Part shown: positions 54,479 to 63,265 of the stretch, piece by piece
How positions within the stretch are numbered: the stretch's first letter is position 1
Layout of the letters: the number at the start of each line of letters is the position of its first letter
Assembly (NCBI GenBank): GCA_963204905.1
Contig: CAUJJN010000203.1
Span: forward strand, 1,585 to 65,584
Source: Pseudomonadota bacterium
GTDB taxonomy: Bacteria; Pseudomonadota; Alphaproteobacteria; Rhizobiales; Xanthobacteraceae
Reading direction: 5' to 3'
DNA length: 64,000 nucleotides
Position numbers and translations under genes: made by a program
Notes under the pieces: generated by a model
The model's database searches: none
Told to the model about the DNA's origin: nothing
What the model saw: the letters and a program-made list of their open reading frames with translations, nothing else

Positions 54479-54827
54479 CGCTTGACCAATCCTTCCAGTT
54501 CTAAAATCAGTGATCGTAGCATTTTTGGGACAAGGCAAGCGAAATTTTGCTCCATATATCAGAAATTGCCTAAAAGGATCACTTATGAAACGATGCTCCG
54601 ACATACCTGCCTGGCGTTTCAGCTAGAATTAAACCTTTGTAAAACCCCGTTTTAGCGAGATTATAGGAATAATTACCGACAACTTCGCTGCTGTTGGCCG
54701 GCTTTTGCCGCAAAGTGTGCCAATTTTTGTATTTCTGCTTTACACCGAAACTGATCGCGGTCTAAACCGACCAAAATAATGCGCTCCATGTCGGCGAAGG
54801 CTGCCAGGGGACTCAGGGAGCCAGACC

Positions 54828-56267
54828 TTGAATAACGCGGACACCGCCGGGCGAACTTTGCACCAAAGGACCGACACGCCTGAGCAGCGCCACGATGTGC
54901 TGGTTATCGGTGGTGGCAACGCGGCGCTGTGCGCAGCGATCAGCGCCCGTCGCAGCGGCGCAACCGTGCTGGTCCTTGAGGCGGCGCCCCGCTTCTATCG
55001 CGGCGGCAACACCCGACACACCCGCAACATGCGGTGCGCGCACGACAGCGCCACCGAAACGCTCAGCGGTCCCTATACCGAAGACGAGTTCTGGGAAGAC
55101 CTCAAGCGCGTCACCCAGGGCCACACCGACGAAGAATTGGCGCGACACATGATCGCGCAATCCAAGGAAATGCTGACCTGGATCGTAGACCAGGGCGTCC
55201 GTTTCCAGCCATCGCTGGGCGGAACGCTTTCGCTTGGACGCACCAATTCGTTCTTCCTTGGCGGTGGGCGCGCCATGCTGAACGCGCTCTACGCCACCGC
55301 GGAGCGACTCGGCGTCGAGATCCGCTACGACGCCGAAGTTGTCGGGCTCGAGATTGAGAATGGCATGTTTCTATCCGCAACGGTGAAGGAGGCTCACGGC
55401 ACGTCGCAGGTGCGGGCGGGCGCGCTGGTCGCGGCTTCCGGCGGCTTCGAGGCGAATATCGATTGGCTCAAGCTGGGCTGGGGCGAAATCGCCGGCAATT
55501 TCCTTATTCGCGGCACACCTTACAATCGCGGGACGATCCTGCGGATCCTGATCGACAACCACATCCAGCAGATCGGCGACGTCACCCAATGCCATGCGGT
55601 TGCGATCGACGCACGCGCACCGAAATTCGACGGCGGAATCATCACGCGACTGGATTGCGTCATCTACGGCATCGTCGTGAACAAGAACTGCGAGCGCTTC
55701 TACGACGAGGGAGAGGACATCTGGCCTAAACGCTACGCCATCTGGGGACGACTGGTGGCGGCGCAGCCCGACCAAATCGCCTATATTATCTTCGACGCAC
55801 GCTCGCTCGAGCTGTTCATGCCCTCATTGTTTCCACCCATCAAGGGCGCCAGCATCGCGGAACTGGCCGGACAACTCGGTCTCGATCCCGAGAGACTTGC
55901 CGCGACGGTCGCGACCTTCAACGATGCCGTTCAGCCCGGCACTTTCGATCCCGACAACTATGACAATTGCGCCACCGCTGGCCTGAATCCGCCGAAGACG
56001 CACTGGGCACGCAAGATCGAACAAGGCCCGTTCTATGCTTATCCTGTGCGCCCCGGCATTACCTTTACCTACCTTGGCGTCAAGGTGAACAAGGACGCGC
56101 GCATGATCATGACGGACAGAAAGCCCGCGGTGAACATGTTCGCCGCGGGTGAAATCATGGCAGGCAACGTGCTGGGACAGGGCTACGCGGCCGGAATCGG
56201 CATGACCATCGGTAGTGTCTTCGGGCGGGCCGCAGGACAGGGAGCGGCGAAATATGCACGCAACTAG
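54828..56267 (+). CDS. tcuA: FAD-dependent tricarballylate dehydrogenase TcuA-like flavoprotein
   Basis: 479 aa. ..HDVLVIGGGNAALCAAISARRSGATVLVLEAAPRFYRGGNTRHTRNMRC.. matches my memory of the TcuA family. TTG start preceded by AGGGAG. Followed by tcuB. Confidence 0.8.
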   Translation: MNNADTAGRTLHQRTDTPEQRHDVLVIGGGNAALCAAISARRSGATVLVLEAAPRFYRGGNTRHTRNMRCAHDSATETLSGPYTEDEFWEDLKRVTQGHTDEELARHMIAQSKEMLTWIVDQGVRFQPSLGGTLSLGRTNSFFLGGGRAMLNALYATAERLGVEIRYDAEVVGLEIENGMFLSATVKEAHGTSQVRAGALVAASGGFEANIDWLKLGWGEIAGNFLIRGTPYNRGTILRILIDNHIQQIGDVTQCHAVAIDARAPKFDGGIITRLDCVIYGIVVNKNCERFYDEGEDIWPKRYAIWGRLVAAQPDQIAYIIFDARSLELFMPSLFPPIKGASIAELAGQLGLDPERLAATVATFNDAVQPGTFDPDNYDNCATAGLNPPKTHWARKIEQGPFYAYPVRPGITFTYLGVKVNKDARMIMTDRKPAVNMFAAGEIMAGNVLGQGYAAGIGMTIGSVFGRAAGQGAAKYARN

Positions 56268-57354
56268 CGCACTGGCGGAAGCCGACCGCCTGATGACGGT
56301 CTGCAACTCCTGCCGCTACTGCGAAGGCATCTGCGCGGTTTTCCCCGCCATGGAAATGCGCCGCGCCTTTGGCGACGGCGATCTCAACTATCTCGCCAAC
56401 CTCTGTCATGGCTGTAGCGCTTGCTATTACGATTGCCAGTTCTCGCCGCCGCACGAATTCAACGTCAACGTCCCCGCGACGATGGCAAAAGTCCGCAGCG
56501 AATCCTATGAGGCCTATGCGTGGCCGCAATTCCTGGCGCCGACGTTCCGGCGCAACGGGCTGGTCATCAGCATCGTGGCTTGCCTGAGTGTGTTCGCTTT
56601 CATCGTGGGCTTTGCCGCCTTACGCGATCCGAGCGTGCTGTTCGGCGTTCATGTTGGCCCCGGCGCCTTTTACAAACTGATGCCGCACAACGCCATGGCG
56701 GCACTGTTCGGCGCAGCATTTCTCTATGCGATGATCGCCATCGCCATGGGTATCCGCAATTTCTGGCGCGACATCGGCGAACCGGCCAGTACGCTGGCGA
56801 AGCCGGCGCCGCTCTGGCAGGCGATCAAGGACGCTTCCACCCTGCGCTATCTCGATGGCGGTGGTGTCGGATGCATGAACGACGAGGACAAGCCGACCGA
56901 TACACGGCGCGTCTATCATCATCTTACTTTCTATGGCTTCCTGCTGTGCTTCGCCGCGACGACGACCGCCACCGGATATCACTATCTCTTGGGGCTGGAG
57001 GCTCCTTATCCCTGGTATGACCTGCCGGTGCTGTTGGGTTCGCTCGGCGGCGCGGGCCTTGTCATCGGCCCGATCGGCCTGCTGCGCGCGAAGACCCAGC
57101 GCGACAGCGACCTTGTCGAAGCACGCTCCTACGGCATGGACGTTGCGTTCCTCGTCATGCTCCTGCTGACGAGCATCACCGGCCTGCTGCTCCTCGTGGC
57201 GCGCGCAACGCCCGCGATGGGAATGCTTCTCGCGCTTCACATCGGCATCGTGTTTGCACTGTTCATCACCATGCCTTACGGCAAATTCGTTCACGGGTTC
57301 TACCGGTTTCTGGCGCTCGTCCGCTACGCGAAAGAGCGGCGCGAAACTCACTGA
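56254..57354 (+). CDS. tcuB: Tricarballylate-utilisation Fe-S membrane protein TcuB-like
   Basis: ATG 56254 (GGGAG upstream) overlaps the tcuA end by 14 nt. Cys clusters CNSCRYCEGICAVFPAME and CHGCSACYYDCQFSPPHEF are followed by about six hydrophobic segments. Confidence 0.85.
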   Translation: MHATSALAEADRLMTVCNSCRYCEGICAVFPAMEMRRAFGDGDLNYLANLCHGCSACYYDCQFSPPHEFNVNVPATMAKVRSESYEAYAWPQFLAPTFRRNGLVISIVACLSVFAFIVGFAALRDPSVLFGVHVGPGAFYKLMPHNAMAALFGAAFLYAMIAIAMGIRNFWRDIGEPASTLAKPAPLWQAIKDASTLRYLDGGGVGCMNDEDKPTDTRRVYHHLTFYGFLLCFAATTTATGYHYLLGLEAPYPWYDLPVLLGSLGGAGLVIGPIGLLRAKTQRDSDLVEARSYGMDVAFLVMLLLTSITGLLLLVARATPAMGMLLALHIGIVFALFITMPYGKFVHGFYRFLALVRYAKERRETH

Positions 57355-57396
57355 ACCGCCTCGCATCTTCCGCCGTCAACAGCAAGGACCTATCGG

Positions 57397-58290
57397 ATGC
57401 GCCTCAAACATCATGGTCGCTATGACTATTCACCCATCCATCAACGGCCCGCGTTCCGTTGGCCGAACGGCAAGAAGCTCGCCTTCTACGTCGCGCTGAA
57501 TGTCGAGAACTTCAGCTTTGGCGAAGGGCTCGGTCATACGCCCACAGCGCTCGGCCCGCCGCCGGACACCCGCAATTTCGGCTGGCGCGACTACGGCCTT
57601 CGTGTCGGAATCTGGCGGATATTCGACATGATGGACAGCTTTGGCTTGCCGATGAGCCATCTCATCAATGCATCGGTTTGCGAAACCATGCCGCAGATCC
57701 CGGAGCGCATCCGCCAGCGCAAGGACGAGGTCATCGGACACGGCTACACCAATTCGGAGCGACAGTCCGAGATGGATGAACCGACTGAAACCGAAATGAT
57801 CCGTCACGCGACGGAGACGCTGGCGCAACATTGCGGACAACGGCCCTATGGATGGATGGGCCCGTGGATCGCCGAAACACCAACCACTCCGGATATCCTC
57901 AAGGAAGCCGGGTATACTTTCGTAATGGACTGGCCGGCGGACGATCAGCCTTTCTGGATGCGAACGCGCTCCGGGCCGATTCTCTCAGTCCCCTATCCGA
58001 TCGAAATCAACGATAGTCCGACGATGTTGAGCCGCCAGCAACCGGCGACTGACTTTCATCGGATGATCATCGATCAATTCGAGGAAATGTTGGCGCTGGC
58101 GGATCAGCAATCACTGGTGTTCGGTATCTCGATGCACACGTTTGTTGCCGGGCAGCCGTTCCGGCTGAGGCAGATCCGCAGCGCGATCTCACATATCTTG
58201 AATCACCCGCGCTTCTCCGAGGTCTGGGTCACCACGCCCGGCGGCATTGCTTCCTATGCGGCGACACTTCCTGACGGCATCGTTCCCTGA
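57397..58290 (+). CDS. Polysaccharide deacetylase-family protein (PuuE/allantoinase-like subgroup)
   Basis: 297 aa. ..RPAFRWPNGKKLAFYVALNVENF.. and ..EVIGHGYTNSE.. resemble the PuuE-type deacetylase fold (recognised by eye). AAGGA lies before the ATG. Confidence 0.75.
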   Translation: MRLKHHGRYDYSPIHQRPAFRWPNGKKLAFYVALNVENFSFGEGLGHTPTALGPPPDTRNFGWRDYGLRVGIWRIFDMMDSFGLPMSHLINASVCETMPQIPERIRQRKDEVIGHGYTNSERQSEMDEPTETEMIRHATETLAQHCGQRPYGWMGPWIAETPTTPDILKEAGYTFVMDWPADDQPFWMRTRSGPILSVPYPIEINDSPTMLSRQQPATDFHRMIIDQFEEMLALADQQSLVFGISMHTFVAGQPFRLRQIRSAISHILNHPRFSEVWVTTPGGIASYAATLPDGIVP

Positions 58291-58324
58291 CGTCGTCCGC
58301 ATCAGCACGTCCGACCAAAAGCAC

Positions 58325-58357
58325 GGGGCCTCTCACCATTTCGCGGTGAGAGGCCCC
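58325..58357. terminator. Bidirectional intrinsic-terminator hairpin between convergent genes (13-bp perfect stem, 7-nt loop)
   Basis: GGGGCCTCTCACC-ATTTCGC-GGTGAGAGGCCCC lies 35 nt after the plus-strand stop (58290) and 26 nt after the minus-strand stop (58383). In minus sense it is followed by GUGCUUUUGG. Confidence 0.65.
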
Positions 58358-58382
58358 GGTTCGGAAGTAGAGTGTTACAGCC

Positions 58383-58835
58383 CTACTTCAGAGCTTCGGC
58401 GAAGTTATTGAAAAACTGATCCGCCGTCTTGCTGGCGACGCCATTGATGAGGCGGTTGCCGAGCTGCGCGATCTTGCCGCCGACCTCCGCGTTGACCTCA
58501 TAGGCGAGCGTACAGCGCTCCGGAGAGCCTGGAATGTCATGCAGGCGGACGCGCGCCCCGCCCTTGGCAAAGCCTGCGATTCCGCCCTCACCCTGACCGA
58601 CAATGCGATAGCCGTTCGGCGGATCGATATCCGTCAATTCGACCGATCCCTTGAACACCGCGCCGACCGGACCGACCTTCAGCTTCACTGTCGCGCGAAA
58701 AGCCGTATCGCCGATCTTCTCGAGATCCTGACACCCGGGAATCGCGGCCTTCAACGCTTGCGGATCGTTCAATTTCGTCCACACCGTATTGCGGTCAGCG
58801 TGCAGGGTGACCTCACCCGTCATGGTCATCGCCAT
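58383..58835 (-). CDS. CoxG-like SRPBCC-fold protein
   Basis: 150 aa. ..GEVTLHADRNTVWTKLNDPQALKAAIPGCQDLEKIGDTAFRATVKLKVGPV.. is a canonical CoxG pattern. Confidence 0.85.
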   Translation of the reverse strand: MAMTMTGEVTLHADRNTVWTKLNDPQALKAAIPGCQDLEKIGDTAFRATVKLKVGPVGAVFKGSVELTDIDPPNGYRIVGQGEGGIAGFAKGGARVRLHDIPGSPERCTLAYEVNAEVGGKIAQLGNRLINGVASKTADQFFNNFAEALK

Positions 58836-58867
58836 ATCAATGATCTCTTCTGTCCGTCGGAAATGTC

Positions 58868-59650
58868 TTACGCCGGTCGCGCGACGGGAACGCCGGATGT
58901 TGCGGCAAAGCGTTGCGCGAACTTGTTGCCGAGATAGGCCTCGATGACCTTCGGGTCCCGCATCACCTCATCGGTCGGACCTTCGCTCGCCACCGCGCCG
59001 TGATGCAACACCACGGTTCGCTCCGCGAGCGCGGTCACGACACGCATCAAGTGCTCGATCACGACGATGGTGATTCCGGTGGCGGCGATCGACCGGATCA
59101 TCTGGATCGCTTCATCGATCTCTGACGAGTTCAAGCCGGCATTGACCTCATCCAGCATCAGCAAACGCGGGTTCATCGCCAGGCTCTTGGCAAGCTCCAG
59201 CCGCTTGCGGTTCGCCAACGCCAGCTCCGACGCCGGCATATCCTTGAGGTGCGCAAGCCTGGTGAACTCGAGACACTCAATCGCCTTGTCGCGCGCCTGC
59301 ACCATCCCGCGATGACCGGCATAGATCGCACCCGCCATCACGTTTTCAAGCACGGTCATTTGGGCGAACGGCTGCACGATCTGAAACGTCCGTGCGATAC
59401 CGCTCCGCGCGATGACATGCGGCTTCTTGTGGGTGATGCTCTGGCCATCGAAAACCACATCGCCACTGCTCACCGACAGAAAGCCGGAGATCAGGTTGAC
59501 CAGAGTCGTCTTTCCGGCGCCGTTCGGGCCGATCAGACCGACGATCTCGCCGGAATACAGTTTGAGGCTGACATCATCGACAGCCAGAATACCATCGAAC
59601 AACCGCGAGACGGACTTCAACTCGAGAACAGGCGTCGTCGGCTTCATCAT
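58868..59650 (-). CDS. LIV/HAAT-type ABC transporter ATP-binding protein (the only ATPase of this system)
   Basis: The homologous part starts MMKPTTPVLELKSVSRLFDG.. at ATG 59650 (ATGA overlap at 59647-59650). GPNGAGKTT. Walker B region LLMLDEVNAGLN. The ORF-track 405-aa version runs into the permease gene and is an artefact. Confidence 0.9.
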   Translation of the reverse strand: MMKPTTPVLELKSVSRLFDGILAVDDVSLKLYSGEIVGLIGPNGAGKTTLVNLISGFLSVSSGDVVFDGQSITHKKPHVIARSGIARTFQIVQPFAQMTVLENVMAGAIYAGHRGMVQARDKAIECLEFTRLAHLKDMPASELALANRKRLELAKSLAMNPRLLMLDEVNAGLNSSEIDEAIQMIRSIAATGITIVVIEHLMRVVTALAERTVVLHHGAVASEGPTDEVMRDPKVIEAYLGNKFAQRFAATSGVPVARPA

Positions 59651-60642
59651 GATGCGGACCTCGCGATGTCGGAGGTGGCAGGCCTTGCTGACCTTGCCAC
59701 GCCGAACTTCCTGAAGAGATCGCGCCAGGTCAGACCGAGCACGCCGACCGGCAGGAAATAGATCACGGCCACCACGATGAGGCCGAGAATTCCACTGTGC
59801 CAGTTGATGAAGTAGGCCCAAACGAATTCCTTGAGGATAACGTAGGATAGTCCGCCGATCAGTGGCCCAAAGATTGTGCCCATGCCGCCCAGCATCACCA
59901 TGACCGGAATCTCGATGGTCATGATGAGGTTGAAGGCATCCTTCGGTTCGAGGAACGCCACCATCGACGCATAGATCGCACCGGTAGAGGCGCCGATCAC
60001 GCCGGTCAGCACGAACGCACTCACCTTGTACTTGAAGACATCGATACCGACCATGGAAGCCGCTTGCTCGTTCTGACGAATGCAACGCAGGCCGAAACCG
60101 AACTTGGTGCGATCCACCACAGCGGTGATCAGAAAGGCAAGGAAGGCGAGCCCCAGCATCGAGAGGTAGAAAAACCTGCCTACCTCATCAGGTGAACCCG
60201 CATGGATAGGGAGGTTCAATCCAATCGCCCCGCCGGTCAGTTGCTCCCAGTTGTTGGCGACCTCGCGAAGCACTTCGACGCTCGCGATCGTTCCGACCGC
60301 GAAATAGTGTCCCTTGAGCCGGAGCAGCGGCACTCCCAATAGTACCGCGAACAGTAGTCCAACCCCGGCCGCAACAAGCCATGCGAGCGTCTCCGGAATG
60401 CCCGCCGCTTGCGCGATGCCACCGGCATAGGCACCGATGCCGAAAAACGAAATCATGCACAGCGCTGGGTAGCCCATATAGCCGCCCACAATGTTCCAGG
60501 CCCAGCATAGCGCGCACAGCATCGCCAGCGTCGTGCCTACCTGCAAATAGTAGTTGTCGAGAACGGCCGACAGCAGAGCCCCGCATGCGAATAGCAGGAC
60601 GCCGAAGGCGATCTTGAGCGCGAAAGCCCTGTCGATAATCAT
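59647..60642 (-). CDS. LIV/HAAT ABC transporter permease (LivM-type)
   Basis: Start MIIDRAFALKIAFGVLLFA.. at ATG 60642 (ATGA overlap at 60639-60642). Polytopic. Confidence 0.9.
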   Translation of the reverse strand: MIIDRAFALKIAFGVLLFACGALLSAVLDNYYLQVGTTLAMLCALCWAWNIVGGYMGYPALCMISFFGIGAYAGGIAQAAGIPETLAWLVAAGVGLLFAVLLGVPLLRLKGHYFAVGTIASVEVLREVANNWEQLTGGAIGLNLPIHAGSPDEVGRFFYLSMLGLAFLAFLITAVVDRTKFGFGLRCIRQNEQAASMVGIDVFKYKVSAFVLTGVIGASTGAIYASMVAFLEPKDAFNLIMTIEIPVMVMLGGMGTIFGPLIGGLSYVILKEFVWAYFINWHSGILGLIVVAVIYFLPVGVLGLTWRDLFRKFGVARSARPATSDIARSAS

Positions 60643-61496
60643 TCGTAGCCCTTCTTTCCCATAATGCCGGTGGGAAACAGCACAATCACGGCCATCATCA
60701 TGATAAAGCCGACCGAGGTCGCCCATTGCTGGCCGAACGTCAGCGTGCCGAGCCCTTCGACAACGCCCAGCACCAGGCCACCGATGATCGCACCGGGTAC
60801 GCTGCCAAGCCCCCCCAGCACGCAGATCACGAACGCCTTACCGAGAAATACGCCCGACATCATCGGCGTCACCGGATAGATCAGCGCCATCGCGCATCCG
60901 GCCGCGCCCGCCATGAAGGCGCCGATGCCGAACGTCAGCGCGTAGATATGCGGGATGCGGATACCCATCAGCGCAGCCGCATGACGATCCATACGCACAG
61001 CGATGATGGCACGGCCGGTCTTCGAATGCCGAAGTAGCCAGTAAAGCATCAGCGTGAGCACCACCGCGACCAGCATGCCGCCGACACGCACCACGGGCAC
61101 CCGAACGCCAGAAAACTCCAGCGTGCCAAAGTTCGTCACCAGCGACTGCGGAGTCGCGCTGAAAACATGGATGATCAGATTGTTGACGATCAGATCCAGA
61201 CCGAACGTCAATGTGAGTGTAATCAGGATCGGTTGCGTGATGACCCGATTGAGCAAGCCACGCTGAACGGCGTAGCCGAACACGAACAGGACCACACAGG
61301 CAACTGGGGCCACCACGTAGAGCGGAAGTCCCAGTTGCTGTACGCCATAAAGGCAGAAGTATGCACCCAACACGACCATCGAGCCGTGCAGCATGTTGAC
61401 GACGTTCAACACGCCCCAGACCAGCGAGAACCCGACCGCGAGGCAGGCATAAAGCCCCCCGGTCAGAAGTCCATTGACTATGTATTGACTTATCAT
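60639..61496 (-). CDS. LIV/HAAT ABC transporter permease (LivH-type)
   Basis: 285 aa, polytopic, ..VVNMLHGSMVVLGAY... Confidence 0.9.
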   Translation of the reverse strand: MISQYIVNGLLTGGLYACLAVGFSLVWGVLNVVNMLHGSMVVLGAYFCLYGVQQLGLPLYVVAPVACVVLFVFGYAVQRGLLNRVITQPILITLTLTFGLDLIVNNLIIHVFSATPQSLVTNFGTLEFSGVRVPVVRVGGMLVAVVLTLMLYWLLRHSKTGRAIIAVRMDRHAAALMGIRIPHIYALTFGIGAFMAGAAGCAMALIYPVTPMMSGVFLGKAFVICVLGGLGSVPGAIIGGLVLGVVEGLGTLTFGQQWATSVGFIMMMAVIVLFPTGIMGKKGYE

Positions 61497-61526
61497 GATG
61501 CCCGCGTGGGTTCTCGAGTTGAGGAG

Positions 61527-62726
61527 TTACTTCTTCGGCACGCCGATCTGAAGTTCGCCCTGCTTCAGATTATCCGGGGCGAGGACGAGCAGCTTGTCGT
61601 TCTGGATTTGCATTACCAGCGCCGCGTTCACTTCATTCTGGCCCAGCTGGCCGTAGTGGATCGGGCCATAGAAGGTGTTGAAGGTCTTCTCGTGCAGCAC
61701 CTTGCGAACCGCTTCGGCCGAGGTCGACTTGGCTTCCTCGATCGCCATCGCCAGCGTCTGGCAAGCGGCGGTCGCTGCAGCTTCCAGATAAGTCGCATCG
61801 CGCTTGAACTTGGTATTGAACGCCTCATTGTACTTCAGCGACGAACCGAACAGATAGGCGTCGCTATAGTTTGCGTTCTGGTGCCACCAGGAATTCGTGG
61901 TCACGTTCTCAGCCAAAGCCTTCACGTTGTCCTTGAATTCGGGATAGGAAGGCCCCGCCGTCATGGTGAGAATCTTCACCTCGATGCCGAGATCGGCCAT
62001 TTGGCGACGGATCAGGATCAGGTCCTGTGTGTAGCCGGTCGCATAGATCCAATCCGGATTGGCCCCCTTGATCTGGGTGAGCACATTGGAGAAATCGGAC
62101 GTGTCGGGCGAGTAGGTGGTGTTGAAGACGACCTCGAGGCCAGCCCCCGTCGCCGATTTCACCAGTTCGCCCGCGATGGCTTTCGGGAACAGGCTGTTGA
62201 GCGCCAGAACAGCGACCCGCTTCACCGAAGGCACATGCTTCTTGTAGTAGGCCACCTCGGCTTCGGTGATCATGTCGTTCGGAAACAGGACGCCGAACAG
62301 ATTCTGGAATTTCTGATCGAACACACTCTTGGTCGCGGCCGCTGCGGCGACCATCGGGACGCCGTAGCGCTCGGCGACAACCGCCGTGGCTTTGGTATCG
62401 CCGGAGCCGTAAGGCGAGAGCAGGAACGGCACCTTGTCGACGTTGATCAAGCGCTGCACGATCTGCACCGCACGATTGGTTTCGCTCTGATAGTCGTATT
62501 CGACCAGTTCGAGCTTCATCTTCTTGCCGCCGACATCGACACCGCCCTTGTCGTTGATGGCGGAAACGCAGATGTCGTAGCCCTGCTTCGATTTCGCGCC
62601 CGCATCAGCGAGCGGCCCGGTGAGCGCCAGCGGCGCACCCAGCTTGATGGTCTCTTGCGCCTGCGCGGGCGCGACGCATAGCGCCGCGAACGAAAACGCA
62701 GCTATGATCGACGTCGTTGTTCTCAC
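61527..62726 (-). CDS. LIV/HAAT-family ABC transporter substrate-binding protein
   Basis: I prefer GTG 62726 (VRTTTSIIAAFSFAALCVAPAQAQE = signal peptide), which is preceded by GAGAGAGGGGAAG. The ORF-track ATG 62861 adds 45 Arg/Gly-rich residues and overlaps the coxS-like gene. Confidence 0.85.
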   Translation of the reverse strand: MRTTTSIIAAFSFAALCVAPAQAQETIKLGAPLALTGPLADAGAKSKQGYDICVSAINDKGGVDVGGKKMKLELVEYDYQSETNRAVQIVQRLINVDKVPFLLSPYGSGDTKATAVVAERYGVPMVAAAAATKSVFDQKFQNLFGVLFPNDMITEAEVAYYKKHVPSVKRVAVLALNSLFPKAIAGELVKSATGAGLEVVFNTTYSPDTSDFSNVLTQIKGANPDWIYATGYTQDLILIRRQMADLGIEVKILTMTAGPSYPEFKDNVKALAENVTTNSWWHQNANYSDAYLFGSSLKYNEAFNTKFKRDATYLEAAATAACQTLAMAIEEAKSTSAEAVRKVLHEKTFNTFYGPIHYGQLGQNEVNAALVMQIQNDKLLVLAPDNLKQGELQIGVPKK

Positions 62727-62791
62727 GTTGCTTCCCCTCTCTCTGTGTTTGAGCTGACACGCATGTGCTCCAGCCCCATTCCCCGGTAGCC

Positions 62792-63265
62792 TTACTGACG
62801 ACGCGCGAGTTCCGTCGCGGCGTGCTGAATCGCCTTCACGATTCCCGCATATCCCGTGCATCGGCAGATGTTGCCCGCGAGCGCTTCACGCAGGAATTTC
62901 TCTTCCGGCTCGCCGTGGCGCGCGATGATGTCTCGTGCCGTGATCAGCATTCCGGGCGTGCAATAGCCGCACTGCAGGCCATGACACTCGTGAAAGCTCT
63001 GCCGGAGCTGGACGATCGCCGGATCGTCTTTCAGGCCTTCCAGCGTCCAGATGTCGGCGCCGTCCATCGCTGCGGCGAGAGCGATGCAGGAGCGTGCCAT
63101 CTTTCCGTTGATGACGATGGTGCAACCGCCGCAAACGCCGTGTTCGCAACCGAGATGAATCGAACGTGCATCGGCATGCTGGCGAAGAAAATCGGCGAGC
63201 GTGGTGCGCGGATCGATAGCAACCTCCACCTCTTCGCCGTTGACGCGCAGTTTGATGATCTGCAT
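62792..63265 (-). CDS. [2Fe-2S]-binding small subunit of a xanthine dehydrogenase/CO dehydrogenase-family molybdoenzyme (CoxS-like)
   Basis: Start MQIIKLRVNGEEVEV.. at ATG 63265. Cluster I ..CEHGVCGGCTIVINGKMARSC.. and cluster II ..CGYCTPGM..CRCTGY.. The start shares 1 nt with the stop of the upstream gene. Confidence 0.9.
   Translation of the reverse strand: MQIIKLRVNGEEVEVAIDPRTTLADFLRQHADARSIHLGCEHGVCGGCTIVINGKMARSCIALAAAMDGADIWTLEGLKDDPAIVQLRQSFHECHGLQCGYCTPGMLITARDIIARHGEPEEKFLREALAGNICRCTGYAGIVKAIQHAATELARRQ

Noticed and set aside
54695-54708. TGGCCGGCTTTTGC upstream of tcuA, which resembles a sigma-54 -24/-12 promoter.
   Set aside because: The GG-to-GC spacing is one nucleotide short of the canonical TGGCAC-N5-TTGC geometry, and the only sigma-54 activator gene in the window is a remnant. 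It is probably a chance match.
58868-60085. Over-long ORF-track versions of real genes. Examples: 58868..60085, 26444..27595, 40612..41922, 6396..7418, 7584..8567, 38641..39576, 35545..37377 and 61527..62861.
   Set aside because: The extra N-terminal segments overlap the upstream gene, are compositionally odd, and precede an internal ATG/GTG. At that internal start the family homology begins, usually at a 4-nt stop/start overlap or behind an SD. I report the shorter genes.
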